Below, in pieces: positions 23,533-34,562 of a DNA stretch of 50,259 bases (positions are counted from its first letter, which is position 1; every line of letters begins with the position of its first letter). Origin of the DNA: Thiomicrorhabdus sp. (lineage in GTDB: Bacteria; Pseudomonadota; Gammaproteobacteria; Thiomicrospirales; Thiomicrospiraceae); assembly GCA_006222135.1 (NCBI GenBank), contig VCMI01000012.1:1-50259 (forward strand), given 5' to 3'. Made by a program: the position numbers and the translations under genes. Below the pieces are notes generated by a model. The model searched no databases. It saw only the letters and a program-made list of their open reading frames with translations, and was not told the origin of the DNA.

Positions 23533-25485
23533 TTATTTCTGATTTTTAAACTGATCCAAAATACTTGGATCTTCAAGTGTTGAAGTATCCTGAGTCACTT
23601 CCTCGCCTTTAGCAATCGTTTTCAATAAACGTCGCATAATTTTACCAGAGCGTGTTTTCGGTAAGTTCGTTCCAAAACGGATCTCATCTGGCTTAGCAAT
23701 TGGGCCAATCTCTTTGGCAACCCAATTACGTAACTCTAGAATTAATGCCTCGCGCTCAGCGCCTTCAGGAGTATCGACATTCAATACCACAAAAGCTGAA
23801 ACTGCTTCGCCTTTAATATCATGCGGACGTCCTACTATGGCCGCTTCTGCCACTAAAGGATGAGAGACTAAAGCCGATTCAATCTCCATAGTTCCCAAAC
23901 GATGGCCTGAAACATTTAAAACATCATCAATACGGCCTAAAATCCAGAAATAACCATCTTTGTCTTTATGGGCACTGTCTCCGACGACATAGTAATTATT
24001 CCCCTCTAATGGGAAATAAGTGTCTTTATAGCGCTGATCATCGTTCCAAATAGTACGGATCATCGAAGGCCATGGTTGCTTAATGATTAATAAACCACCA
24101 TCACCCGGCCCTAACTCATTACCATCTTCATCTAAAATTGCGGCATCAATGCCTGGTAAAGCTTTGGTACAAGAACCTGGTTTAAGCGACGTGATTGGGA
24201 AAGGCGCAATCATGTGCGCACCGGTTTCTGTCTGCCACCAAGTATCAATAATCGGACAACGACTGCCACCAATAACTTCGTAATACCACATCCAAGCCTC
24301 TGGATTAATCGGCTCACCGACTGTCCCCAAAATACGTAATTTAGAAAGGTCATACTTATTCGGTAAATCCCCACCAAATTTCATTAATGCACGAATCGCC
24401 GTTGGTGCCGTATAGAAAACGGTGACGCCGTGATCTTGACAGACCTGCCAAAAACGTCCAGCATCAGGATAAGTTGGTACGCCTTCGAACATTAACATCG
24501 TTGCGCCGACCGATAAAGGTCCGTAAGCGACATAAGTGTGCCCAGTAATCCAACCTACATCCGCAGTACACCAGAAGACATCACTGTCGTTTAAATCAAA
24601 CATCCATTCATTGGTGACATGCGCATTTAGCAGATAGCCACCGGTACTGTGTTGAACGCCTTTTGGCTTACCGGTTGAACCTGAGGTATAAAGCAAAAAT
24701 AGAGGATGTTCCGATTCCACCATAACAGGATCATGATAGTCACTCATACCTGCTTCAGCCTCAAACCAATCAATATCACGGCCTTCTTTCATCATCACTT
24801 CATCATCTGTTCGGCGATATACAATGACTTTTTTAATACTGTCACAACCTTTTGAAAGCGCTTCATCCACAGCACCTTTTAAAGGGATGGTCTTGCCACC
24901 ACGACGACTGCCGTTGGTGGTAATCACCAACTTAGCACCCGCGTCTTCTATACGATCTTTAAGCGCTTCTGCAGAGAAACCACCAAATACAATTGAATGT
25001 ATTGCGCCAATACGAGCACACGCCTGCATCGCGATAACGGCTTGAGGAATCATTGGCATATAGATAATAACGCGATCGCCTTTAGTGATGCCTTGTGCCG
25101 TCAGCGTATTGGCAAAACGACAAACGTGATCATGTAACTCTTTATAGGTATAACGCTCTATATCACCCTGATCACCTTCAAAGATAATCGCCAACTTATC
25201 GCTCTTAGTATCCAGGTGTCGATCAATACAGTTATAAGAAACGTTTAATTCACCATCCGTAAACCACTTGTAATGCGGCGCATTTGAGTCATCTAGGCCG
25301 ACTGTAAAGGGTTTTGACCAAGAGAGTTTTTCACGCGCTAAGTCAGACCAAAAGCCAACATTATCTTTCGCGGCCGCCGTATACATTTCATCTAGCTTAT
25401 TTTGAGTAATCGCAACACTGGCTAGGGTTTCAGCAGAAGGCTCAAAAACACGCGTTTCAGTTAGGATAGATTCGATTTTAGACAT
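23533..25485 (-). CDS. acs: acetyl-CoA synthetase
   Basis: [20 protein letters not shown] and [12 protein letters not shown]. Confidence 0.98.
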   Translation of the reverse strand: MSKIESILTETRVFEPSAETLASVAITQNKLDEMYTAAAKDNVGFWSDLAREKLSWSKPFTVGLDDSNAPHYKWFTDGELNVSYNCIDRHLDTKSDKLAIIFEGDQGDIERYTYKELHDHVCRFANTLTAQGITKGDRVIIYMPMIPQAVIAMQACARIGAIHSIVFGGFSAEALKDRIEDAGAKLVITTNGSRRGGKTIPLKGAVDEALSKGCDSIKKVIVYRRTDDEVMMKEGRDIDWFEAEAGMSDYHDPVMVESEHPLFLLYTSGSTGKPKGVQHSTGGYLLNAHVTNEWMFDLNDSDVFWCTADVGWITGHTYVAYGPLSVGATMLMFEGVPTYPDAGRFWQVCQDHGVTVFYTAPTAIRALMKFGGDLPNKYDLSKLRILGTVGEPINPEAWMWYYEVIGGSRCPIIDTWWQTETGAHMIAPFPITSLKPGSCTKALPGIDAAILDEDGNELGPGDGGLLIIKQPWPSMIRTIWNDDQRYKDTYFPLEGNNYYVVGDSAHKDKDGYFWILGRIDDVLNVSGHRLGTMEIESALVSHPLVAEAAIVGRPHDIKGEAVSAFVVLNVDTPEGAEREALILELRNWVAKEIGPIAKPDEIRFGTNLPKTRSGKIMRRLLKTIAKGEEVTQDTSTLEDPSILDQFKNQK

Positions 25486-25815
25486 GGAAACACTCTCTGT
25501 GATTTTTCAAGAATTGATGGCAACGCCATTTCATAATAATTATCGCATAAGTTTACCTTGCTCCCCTTCAAATTTAAAGGACTCTCCGCAAAGTTTCCCA
25601 TAATAAAAGCGAATAACTTAACTTCACTCATTTAAAGCTTTATTGAGTAAGCTCCATTTGGTTTAAAACTTAATTAAATCTCACTTCACTGAGTTTGTTT
25701 TTAATGCAATGACCTTAATGTAAAATGAATACCCTAACTTCATTAAAATTCTCCTTTAAGATTGATTTAAGAACTAGATCAAACAGTTTTAGCCTTAAAA
25801 ACAGAGAGCGTGAAA

Positions 25816-26375
25816 ATGCGTGCCTTTATCGCCATCCCCATAGATCAGCAGACAAGCCAGCTATTAATTGATAATGTCCAAACTTTAAAAAGTACGGCCT
25901 GGGGAAAGAAAATAATTTAGTTTCCACTGAGAAACTACCACGTAACTCTACAGTTTTTAGGAGGCAAGCTCGATCCAGAGAAGGTAGCCGATATTGTCGC
26001 GAGCATGCCGAACGGGTTTGCCGAGGGCATGAGTTTTTTGAGGCTGAAATTAAAGGCATTAGACTCTTTCCAAACCAGCACGCGCCCCATATGATTGCCG
26101 CCAGTTTGCAAAACACACTGTTATTAAACTACCTGGTTAGAGAGATTGAAGAGCAACTCAAGGCGTTTGGGCTTAACCGTTCCAAGCAGGCCTTTAGACC
26201 CCATATAAGCTTAGGTAAAATACCCAAAACAGCTGATGCAGAAACCATCGAAATCCCTTCTGTCCTACAAAATTGTCACGATATGAGAGTGACAGTAGAT
26301 CAGTTGACACTCTATCAAAGCAAGTTTCCTTGTTATAGTGTTGTGCAAACTAAATGGCTTGAACGCTATGATTAA
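25816..26375 (+). pseudogene. thpR: RNA 2',3'-cyclic phosphodiesterase (2H family), disrupted
   Basis: MRAFIAI start and HVTL and HISL 2H motifs. In-frame TAG at 25918-25920 and a frameshift in the T-run 26034-26039. Confidence 0.8.
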
Positions 26376-26401
26376 CGACCAACGATAAAGGATTCACTCA
26401 A

Positions 26402-27067
26402 ATGAACGTCACACAGGCTATTAAACAACGTCATTCGACAAGAGCTTACTTAGACGAGGCCGTCAGCCAGCAGCAGGTAGAGAGTATTTTGGAGTCGGCA
26501 CGCTTTGCGCCTTCAGGCGTCAATACGCAACCCTGGCAGGTTGCGATTGTGAGCGGACAAAGTAAATCATCACTGCAACAACAGATGCAAACGGCGTTTG
26601 AAAGCGGTGAAAAAGAGTCGATGGATTATCACTACTACCCGACGGACTGGGTAGAACCTTATAAAAGCCGTCGTATTGCGACTGGCACAGAACTTTATAA
26701 AGCCTTAAAAATTTCACGTGAGGATAAAGAGCGACGCATTCAACAATGGCAAGCCAATTATCGCGCTTTTGACGCTCCGATTATGCTGTTGTTTTTTATG
26801 GATCCAGTATTAGAAACGGGTTCGTATCTGGACTATGGTATGTTTCTACAAAACATTATGTTACTGGCTGAAGAAGAGGGGTTAGCCACTTGCCCCCAAG
26901 GCGCTTTAGGAGAGTTTCCTAAACTGATTAAAAACTTCCTCAACTATGATGAGTCGCTGATTTTATTAGGTGGGATGGCGTTAGGTTACGAAGATAAAGA
27001 ACATGCGGTCAATCAGTACCGCACCCCTCGAGTAGAGGTGGCTGAGTTTAGCCAATTTTTTGAATAA
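26402..27067 (+). CDS. nitroreductase family protein
   Basis: AIKQRHSTRAY, APSGVNTQPW and GLATCPQ. Confidence 0.92.
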   Translation: MNVTQAIKQRHSTRAYLDEAVSQQQVESILESARFAPSGVNTQPWQVAIVSGQSKSSLQQQMQTAFESGEKESMDYHYYPTDWVEPYKSRRIATGTELYKALKISREDKERRIQQWQANYRAFDAPIMLLFFMDPVLETGSYLDYGMFLQNIMLLAEEEGLATCPQGALGEFPKLIKNFLNYDESLILLGGMALGYEDKEHAVNQYRTPRVEVAEFSQFFE

Positions 27068-27238
27068 AAAACATTCTTGAATTCACATAGGAAGTGGCTT
27101 TTAAAACCGCTTTTGAAGTGGTCTTATTTAATGTCATCTTTACCAAAAAATTTAAAAGTGACCAGGCCTGGAATGTCCTGCGGCCTTACCAAACCATGTG
27201 AGCGTAGAGCCACTTGTGACAACACCATAATTTATGGT

Positions 27239-30200
27239 CTATACAACCACTTCCGGCTGCCAACCTTGTGCCGCCAGCGCTTCTAACAAATCGTCTTCAG
27301 GCAGATACAAATTGCCATCATTACTTTTCATCTGAACATTCGCAATTTGATTGGTGTAATCAATCACTACAGGCAATCCAACTTCGGCACTATAAGCCCC
27401 TAATAAAATTTTTAATTCATTGATCTTATTCAATGGCACCGTCAACTCATTGACCGATAACTTAATCGCCCTGGCCTTTTCCACTCGTGCCTCAGCTAAG
27501 GTGACAATCTGCTCTGCATCCAGTTTGATACCACCATTAAAGGTGTCCTCTGCAACTTCACCATAGGCCAACACCACCATATCTACTTTAACAGTGTCTT
27601 TAATCGCTTCATAAACCGCTGGGCGCATCACAATATCAAGACGTGCTGTTTTATCATCCAAAGCCGCAAAGCCCATTCTTTGACCATTACGTGTGGTTTT
27701 ATTACGCAATTCCATGACTAAACCCGCTACCCAAACTTTTTTCCATTTTTCCGGGCGTAAGCTAGACAACTTACCGTTGACCAATGTGGAGAGTTCTTTT
27801 TGGTACATATCAATTGGATGGCCTGTCATATAAAGACCCAGCGTCACTTTCTCACCTTTCAAACGCAGCTTTTCGGACATCTCTGGTACATTTAACAGTT
27901 GAGAATCACCGCTCTCTTCAACCGACAACACTTCACCAAATAGATCATTTTGACCAAACTCGTCATTTTTGAGCTGCTGATCTGCCTGTTTGAGCGCCAT
28001 TGGAATACTCTCCAATACCGACTGACGATTATCGTGCAAACTATCAAAAGCACCGGCTCGTACCAGCGCTTCTAACACACGACGATTGACCTTTTTACCA
28101 ACACGCAAACAGAAGTCGAATAGATCTTTAAACTCTCCATTGGCAGTACGCTCAACAATCACACCTTCCAAAGCCGCTTCACCCGCGCCTTTAATGCCGC
28201 CCAAACCATAATTCACGGTTCTCTCAGCGTAGGGTTTAAAGTGCACCTGACCGGTATTGATATCGGGTTGCATCACCGTTAAACCCATTGCATAACACTC
28301 GTTCACCATGTGAACGACTTTCTCGGTGTTATCCATATCCGATGAAATCTGTGCCGCCATAAACTCAGCGGGATAGTGCGTTTTTAGCCAGCCAGACTGA
28401 TAAGAAACTAATGCATAAGCGGCCGAGTGGGATTTGTTAAAACCATAACCCGCGAACTTCTCTACTAAATCGAAAATCTTCATCGCCAGCTGGCCGTCAA
28501 TGCCATTTGCAATGGCGCCCGCCTCAAAACCAGAACGCTCTTTAGCCATCTCTTCGGGCTTCTTTTTACCCATGGCACGACGAAGCATATCCGCCTGACC
28601 TAATGAGTAACCCGCCAATATCTGAGCAATCTGCATAACTTGCTCTTGATACAGAATAACCCCGTAGGTTGGTTCTAGAGTCTCTCTAAGGCTCTCATGT
28701 TGATATTGTGCATCCGGATAGGAAACCTTCTCTTTACCATGCTTACGCGCGATAAAGTTATCAACCATGCCGGATTCAAGCGGTCCAGGACGGAACAAGG
28801 CGACCAAAGCGATAATATCTTCAAAGGAATCGGGCTTTAGGCGGACGATCAAACTCTGCATACCACTGGATTCCAACTGGAAAACCCCGGTGGTTCTACC
28901 GGTTTTAATCATTTCAATAGTGGGCTGATCGGCTAGAGGGATACGCGCGATATCGACAAAACCTTCATCGCCCTCTTTTTTATTGACGTTAATCGACTGC
29001 AATGCCCAATCAATAATGGTTAGGGTTCTTAACCCCAAGAAATCGAATTTAACCAAGCCGACTGTTTCAACATCGTTTTTATCAAGTTGCGTCACGACAC
29101 TAGAGCCATCCGGATCAGATAATACTGGGCAGAAATTATCTAAAGGTTTCGGTCCAATGACCACACCACCAGCATGCTTACCGGTATTACGCACAGTGCC
29201 TTCTAGCTTGAGGGCGTACTCGAGTAACTGACGCGCATCCTCATCATTGTCATATTTATTTTGTAACTCCTCTTCTTGCGCTAAAGCCCCTGCCAATTTA
29301 ATGCCTAATTCATTCGGAATCAGTTTAGCAATGCCATCGACCACGCCATAACCCAAGCCTAATACACGCCCAACATCACGCACGACCGCCTTAGCCGCCA
29401 TAGTACCGAAAGTGACAATCTGAGAGACGTGATCACGACCATAATGTCGCGCCACGTAATCAATGACTTCATCACGACGATCCATACAAAAATCGATATC
29501 GAAATCGGGCATGGATACACGTTCTGGATTTAAGAAACGCTCAAAGAGCAAGTCATATTCAATTGGATCTAAATCGGTTATTTTCAAGGAATAAGCGACC
29601 AAAGAGCCCGCCCCCGAACCACGACCGGGACCCACAGGTATCTGTTGGTTTTTACCCCATTGGATGAAGTCAGCAACGATTAAGAAATAACCAGGAAAAC
29701 CCATTTCCAGGATAACGTCTAACTCGAACTTGATGCGTTCGTAATATTCAATGCGCTTAAGGTCATAGGCGTCTGAATCTAAGTGGCCAAATAAAAAGGC
29801 TAGCCGCTCCTCTAACCCTTTATGACTCTCGGCAATAAAAAACTCATCCATCGTCATGCCTTCCGGCACGGGGAAGTCAGGTAAAAAATAAGTATCTAAA
29901 GTAAGATCCAAACTACAACGTTTGGCAATTTCAACCGTATTAGTAATGGCTTCTGGCACATCAGCAAACAGTTCAACCATCTCATCGGTCGTTCTAAAGT
30001 ACTGCTCTTCTGAATAGAGCTTAGGACGATTTTGATCGTCAAGGATATAACCTGCGCCAATACAAGTACGAACTTCGTGGGCTTCAAAATCTTCAGGTTT
30101 AGCAAAACGCACATCATTAGTGGCGACGACAGGCAAGTCATAACGCAAAGCAACGTCAATCGCTAACGTCAGATAGGCCTCTTCCTGTGGGCGACCTGTG

Positions 30201-30715
30201 CGAATCAGTTCCAGGTAAAAACGGTCAGCGAAGTGTGTCTGCCACCACTTAATACGACTTGCGACTAGGTTCGGCTTTTCAGCTAATAAAGCAACCCCAA
30301 CATCCCCTAAACGCGCGCCCGAAAGGGCAATCAAACCTTCGTTAAACTCCTCTAACCATTCGCGCTTTATTAAACCGAGCATATTGTTTTGATAAATTTT
30401 CTGGTTCTTTAAATAACTCTGCGAAATCAGGCGTGATAGATTTAAATAACCGGCTTCATTTTGAACCAGCAAGACCATCTTAAAAACGTCACCACTTTCA
30501 TCTTCAATAAAGACTTCCGAGCCGATAATAGGTTTGATACCTGCACCCATTGCGGCCTTATAGAACTTGACTAAGGCAAAGAGATTATTCTGATCCGTCA
30601 ATGCCATAGCGGGTTGCTCACAACCTTGCACTAATGCCACCAATGGCTTAATGCCTAAGGTGCTGTCGACAACTGAATATTCTGAATGGACGTGAAGATG
30701 AACAAATTGAGTCAT
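27239..30715 (-). CDS. dnaE: DNA polymerase III alpha subunit
   Basis: FVHLHVHSEYS, GPGRGSGAGS, PDFDIDF, KFDFLGL and FNKSHSAAY. Confidence 0.98.
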   Translation of the reverse strand: MTQFVHLHVHSEYSVVDSTLGIKPLVALVQGCEQPAMALTDQNNLFALVKFYKAAMGAGIKPIIGSEVFIEDESGDVFKMVLLVQNEAGYLNLSRLISQSYLKNQKIYQNNMLGLIKREWLEEFNEGLIALSGARLGDVGVALLAEKPNLVASRIKWWQTHFADRFYLELIRTGRPQEEAYLTLAIDVALRYDLPVVATNDVRFAKPEDFEAHEVRTCIGAGYILDDQNRPKLYSEEQYFRTTDEMVELFADVPEAITNTVEIAKRCSLDLTLDTYFLPDFPVPEGMTMDEFFIAESHKGLEERLAFLFGHLDSDAYDLKRIEYYERIKFELDVILEMGFPGYFLIVADFIQWGKNQQIPVGPGRGSGAGSLVAYSLKITDLDPIEYDLLFERFLNPERVSMPDFDIDFCMDRRDEVIDYVARHYGRDHVSQIVTFGTMAAKAVVRDVGRVLGLGYGVVDGIAKLIPNELGIKLAGALAQEEELQNKYDNDEDARQLLEYALKLEGTVRNTGKHAGGVVIGPKPLDNFCPVLSDPDGSSVVTQLDKNDVETVGLVKFDFLGLRTLTIIDWALQSINVNKKEGDEGFVDIARIPLADQPTIEMIKTGRTTGVFQLESSGMQSLIVRLKPDSFEDIIALVALFRPGPLESGMVDNFIARKHGKEKVSYPDAQYQHESLRETLEPTYGVILYQEQVMQIAQILAGYSLGQADMLRRAMGKKKPEEMAKERSGFEAGAIANGIDGQLAMKIFDLVEKFAGYGFNKSHSAAYALVSYQSGWLKTHYPAEFMAAQISSDMDNTEKVVHMVNECYAMGLTVMQPDINTGQVHFKPYAERTVNYGLGGIKGAGEAALEGVIVERTANGEFKDLFDFCLRVGKKVNRRVLEALVRAGAFDSLHDNRQSVLESIPMALKQADQQLKNDEFGQNDLFGEVLSVEESGDSQLLNVPEMSEKLRLKGEKVTLGLYMTGHPIDMYQKELSTLVNGKLSSLRPEKWKKVWVAGLVMELRNKTTRNGQRMGFAALDDKTARLDIVMRPAVYEAIKDTVKVDMVVLAYGEVAEDTFNGGIKLDAEQIVTLAEARVEKARAIKLSVNELTVPLNKINELKILLGAYSAEVGLPVVIDYTNQIANVQMKSNDGNLYLPEDDLLEALAAQGWQPEVVV

Positions 30716-30961
30716 AATAATAGAAAGTTCGCTACTGAGCTTTGTACTGATTTACGTACTAAAACATGGGCTATAAAATAAGGTTAATACTTAAGGCTAG
30801 ATCTAAGCCTTTAATCAAGGCTTAAATAATTTAGGTTATTCTAACGGTTTATGGTCTCGTTAGTGCTAAAATTACAGAATATAAATTGTTTAAAACCATT
30901 CAAATTCATTGTTAAACAATCACAAAACCTCCCTCAATCGAGCTATACCACTAAAGCACTT

Positions 30962-31738
30962 ATGACAGACATGCCTATTAACACTCCTTTCTGGTTAGAC
31001 CCCAAACCCGTGCTATTTCCGCCGACCAATTTGGCTTTAACAGAACCTGACGGATTACTCGCCGTGGGCGGTGCTTTAACGCCTGAATGGCTACTACAAG
31101 CCTACAGTAGTGGCATATTCCCTTGGTTTAATCCTGGTGAGCCGATTCTCTGGTGGACCCCCAACCCGCGCAGCGTTCTCTTTATCGATTCATTAAGAAT
31201 CAAACGCAGTCTGCGCAAAACCATCCAAAAACTAGAGTGGGATGAATCCCTCACGGTGACATTAGATCAAAACTTTACCGATGTCATGCAAGCCTGTGCA
31301 ACCGTTCCTCGTGATGACCAGGACGGCACTTGGATATCCCCTGAAATGTTAACCGCCTATCATTCACTCCATCAAGCGGGCCATGCCCATTCGGTAGAGG
31401 TTTGGCAAGAAGGCCAATTAGTCGGAGGCCTTTATGGTGTCGCCATTGGGAAGATGTTTTTTGGTGAATCCATGTTTGCCAAAGTATCAGACAGCTCCAA
31501 AATCGCTTTAGTCGCGTTAGCGATGCAATTGAAGGCATGGGGCTTTGAGTTGATTGACATTCAAGTTGAAACCCCTCATTTAAATAGTTTGGGTGCTTCT
31601 GCTATCCCAAGAGTGGAATTTGAAAGAGTGATTCAGCAGCAAATAAATCAGCCTTTTAAACCGCAAAAATGGCAATTTTCAATTGATTGGGCAGATGCGG
31701 CCTATGGGCACTGCCAGGCACAAAATAAAACACCTTAA
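30962..31738 (+). CDS. aat: leucyl/phenylalanyl-tRNA--protein transferase
   Basis: EPDGLLAVGG, AYSSGIFPW, HSVEVW and FFGESMF. Start taken at ATG 30962. Confidence 0.95.
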   Translation: MTDMPINTPFWLDPKPVLFPPTNLALTEPDGLLAVGGALTPEWLLQAYSSGIFPWFNPGEPILWWTPNPRSVLFIDSLRIKRSLRKTIQKLEWDESLTVTLDQNFTDVMQACATVPRDDQDGTWISPEMLTAYHSLHQAGHAHSVEVWQEGQLVGGLYGVAIGKMFFGESMFAKVSDSSKIALVALAMQLKAWGFELIDIQVETPHLNSLGASAIPRVEFERVIQQQINQPFKPQKWQFSIDWADAAYGHCQAQNKTP

Positions 31739-31773
31739 TATTTAATTTGACCAGGCCTGGTCAAATTAAATAT
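31738..31773. repeat. perfect 36-bp palindrome centred on TGACCAGGCCTGGTCA
   Basis: ATATTTAATTTGACCAGG|CCTGGTCAAATTAAATAT. Confidence 0.95.
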
Positions 31774-31873
31774 ACAGCTAAATTATTCGTACAATTATCA
31801 CCACCTGCTTTAAAATTCACAGTAGAATGGATGGATTGAATAACGACTTGTAAGAGGCTGAAAAAACTATCCT

Positions 31874-32263
31874 ATGTACTTGCACCCTGGTAATCGCCCC
31901 CGCTTTCTAAAATTAAGTGCCATCCACTTTCCAATCAATGCACTGCTCTCTGGCGGACATCGCCTGAGCGGATTGGCACTGATTATCAGCTTAATAGGTT
32001 ATCTGGCTCTAGCCAACCTCTTGCTGATTGATCCCAGTGTTACCCTTATATCCATCTCTGACCACTGGCTTCTACTTTGCTTGCATACCGCTTTTTGGAT
32101 GGCGCTAAGTTTTCATTGGCTTACTGGCTTACGTCATCTGCTCGCTGAACACTTTACAAACCCCAAGCCCTATCACATCATTAATAGCGATTTAATCACT
32201 GTTTTTCTGATGGCCATTTGGGTTTTTATCAGCCTATTTATAACTTACCAGGCCTGGTCATGA
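31874..32263 (+). CDS. sdhC: succinate dehydrogenase cytochrome b556 subunit
   Basis: RP, SGGHRLSG and HWLTGLRHL. First gene of the sdh operon. Confidence 0.9.
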   Translation: MYLHPGNRPRFLKLSAIHFPINALLSGGHRLSGLALIISLIGYLALANLLLIDPSVTLISISDHWLLLCLHTAFWMALSFHWLTGLRHLLAEHFTNPKPYHIINSDLITVFLMAIWVFISLFITYQAWS

Positions 32264-32622
32264 TTGAATTTAACGTCAAACTCAAAAATCTCTCAGGTAA
32301 AAAAGCACACGTTTGGCAAAGAATCAGTGCACTCTACCTTTTGTTATACATCCCCTTTTTGGCCTGGACAGTATTGCAGCAACCCAAATTCCACACACTG
32401 TATGCGCTGGCACACAATTTAGCCGAACCGATTTTTAGCCTGGCCAGTCTAATCGCCCTGGGATTTATTTTGGTGCATGCATGGGTCGGTCTACGTGACA
32501 TTATGATTGATTATTTGCCTCGCAAAAACTTAGCACTCTGGTTGACGATTTATCACAGTTTGCTTGCGTTATTATTGATCAACAGCTTATGGTTGGTTGT
32601 CACTCTTTTCGGCACTCTTTAA
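32260..32622 (+). CDS. sdhD: succinate dehydrogenase membrane anchor
   Basis: WQRISA and HAWVGLRDIMIDY. ATGA overlap with sdhC. Confidence 0.9.
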   Translation: MIEFNVKLKNLSGKKAHVWQRISALYLLLYIPFLAWTVLQQPKFHTLYALAHNLAEPIFSLASLIALGFILVHAWVGLRDIMIDYLPRKNLALWLTIYHSLLALLLINSLWLVVTLFGTL

Positions 32623-32707
32623 TGAAAAAAAAGCCACTTACCCCCCTGCGTAACCCCCGACAAAACACCAAGCAAATATTACGCGTTAAAAACAGAATAG
32701 GAACTCT

Positions 32708-34507
32708 ATGAACCTGAGTGGAAACTTTCCGATTGAATTTTATGATGCCCTTGTGATTGGAGCTGGTGGAGCCGGTATGCGCTGTGCGCTCAAGCTGACC
32801 GAAGAGGGTCACAAGATCGCAATGGTTTCTAAGGTCTTTCCAACTCGTTCGCACACTGTCGCCGCTCAAGGCGGCATTAATGCCGCACTGGGCAATGTCA
32901 CTCCCGATAAATGGCAGTGGCACATGTATGACACCATTAAGGGCAGCGACTATTTAGGCGACCAAGATGCGATTGAATTCATGTGTCAAGAAGCGGCTGA
33001 AATTGTGCGTGAACTGGAGCATTTTGGAGTGCCCTTTTCTCGCCTGGAAAACGGCAAAATCTACCAGCGGGCTTTTGGCGGGCAGAGCCAAAACTATGGC
33101 GAAGAGCAGGCGTATCGCACCTGTGCCGCAGCCGATCGAACCGGACATGCCATATTACATTCACTCTATCAACAGAACATCCGCTTGGGCACTACCATTT
33201 ACGATGAGTATTACGCGCTCGATCTATTAAAAACCCCCAAAGGTGAAATCGGCGGCATCTTGGTAATGAATATTCACGATGGCGCTTATAAGATTTTACA
33301 AAGCCCGCATACTTTATTAGCCACTGGTGGTGCAGGACAAGTGTTTCGCAATAACACCAATGCCAGCATTAATACCGGTGATGGTTTGGGCATGGTATTA
33401 CGTGCAGGCTTGCCTTTACAAGATATGGAGTTCTGGCAATTTCACCCTACCGGTGTGGCCGGCAAAGGCATGCTAATTTCTGAAGCGGTGCGCGGTGAAG
33501 GCGGTAAGTTACGCAATGCCCTTGGTGACGCCTTTATGGAAAAGTATGCACCAAAAGTTAAAGACCTAGCCTCTCGCGATGTCGTCTCTCGTGCCATTGC
33601 GATTGAGGTCAAAGAAGGCCGTGGATGTGGTCCAGATAAAGATTATGTGCTATTAGATATTAGTCACATCCCAGAAGAAGTCATCACTGAACGCCTCCCC
33701 GGAATTCGTGACATTAGCCAAACTTTTTTAGGCATTGATCCGGTCAAAGAACCGATTCACGTCTTCCCTACTTGCCATTATATGATGGGGGGAATTCCAA
33801 CCAACATCCAAGGTCAAGTGGTATCACCAGACGATTCAGGAGAACAAAAAGTTGTCCCAGGACTGTATGCCATTGGTGAATGCGCCTGCGTTTCAGTCCA
33901 TGGCGCAAATCGATTAGGTGGCAACTCCCTGTTGGATATTGTTGTCTTTGGTCGTAAAGCCGCATTAACCATCTCAGAAACCTTAAAACTACAAGGCTCG
34001 AATCAGAATGGCATTGATCTAAATCTTCATACGATTAGACAACGCCTCCAACGTTGGCAAAAACGTAATGAGGTTTCTGCCGACACATCTGTTCAAATCG
34101 ACAGTGTTATTCAAATCAAAAAATCACTGCAACAAATCATGGACACGGGCTGTGGCGTATTTAGAGACCAACAAACCATGCAGCAGGCATTCCATGATTT
34201 ACAGGAGATTCAAGTACGCTTGGATAACGTCTGTTTAACGGATTTTAACGATGTCTTCAATTTAGAGCGCCTGGCAGGGCTAGAGTTAGAAAACTTAGTG
34301 GCCATCGCCTTTGCGACGGTAGCATCAGCCCTCGCCCGTACTGAAAGCCGAGGTGCACATTCACGCGTTGACTACACCGAACGAGATGACCAGGCCTGGT
34401 TGAAACATACTCTGTATTTTCAAGAAGAGCATCGATTGGAGTACAAGGCCGTTAACTTACAACCAAAACACCATGCGACATTTGAACCAAAACCACGTGT
34501 TTATTAA
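32708..34507 (+). CDS. sdhA: succinate dehydrogenase flavoprotein
   Basis: GAGGAG, RSHTVAAQGG, QFHPTG, HGANRLGGNSL and ESRGAH. Confidence 0.97.
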   Translation: MNLSGNFPIEFYDALVIGAGGAGMRCALKLTEEGHKIAMVSKVFPTRSHTVAAQGGINAALGNVTPDKWQWHMYDTIKGSDYLGDQDAIEFMCQEAAEIVRELEHFGVPFSRLENGKIYQRAFGGQSQNYGEEQAYRTCAAADRTGHAILHSLYQQNIRLGTTIYDEYYALDLLKTPKGEIGGILVMNIHDGAYKILQSPHTLLATGGAGQVFRNNTNASINTGDGLGMVLRAGLPLQDMEFWQFHPTGVAGKGMLISEAVRGEGGKLRNALGDAFMEKYAPKVKDLASRDVVSRAIAIEVKEGRGCGPDKDYVLLDISHIPEEVITERLPGIRDISQTFLGIDPVKEPIHVFPTCHYMMGGIPTNIQGQVVSPDDSGEQKVVPGLYAIGECACVSVHGANRLGGNSLLDIVVFGRKAALTISETLKLQGSNQNGIDLNLHTIRQRLQRWQKRNEVSADTSVQIDSVIQIKKSLQQIMDTGCGVFRDQQTMQQAFHDLQEIQVRLDNVCLTDFNDVFNLERLAGLELENLVAIAFATVASALARTESRGAHSRVDYTERDDQAWLKHTLYFQEEHRLEYKAVNLQPKHHATFEPKPRVY

Positions 34508-34562
34508 TGTCTAGCAAATTTAACGTCCAGATAAACTCAAGTGTTTAATGTAAGGAACTGTC

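Noticed and set aside
30731-30766. Three TACT-centred 12-bp-period repeats upstream of dnaE
   Set aside because: Too degenerate to distinguish from chance, and not a LexA box.
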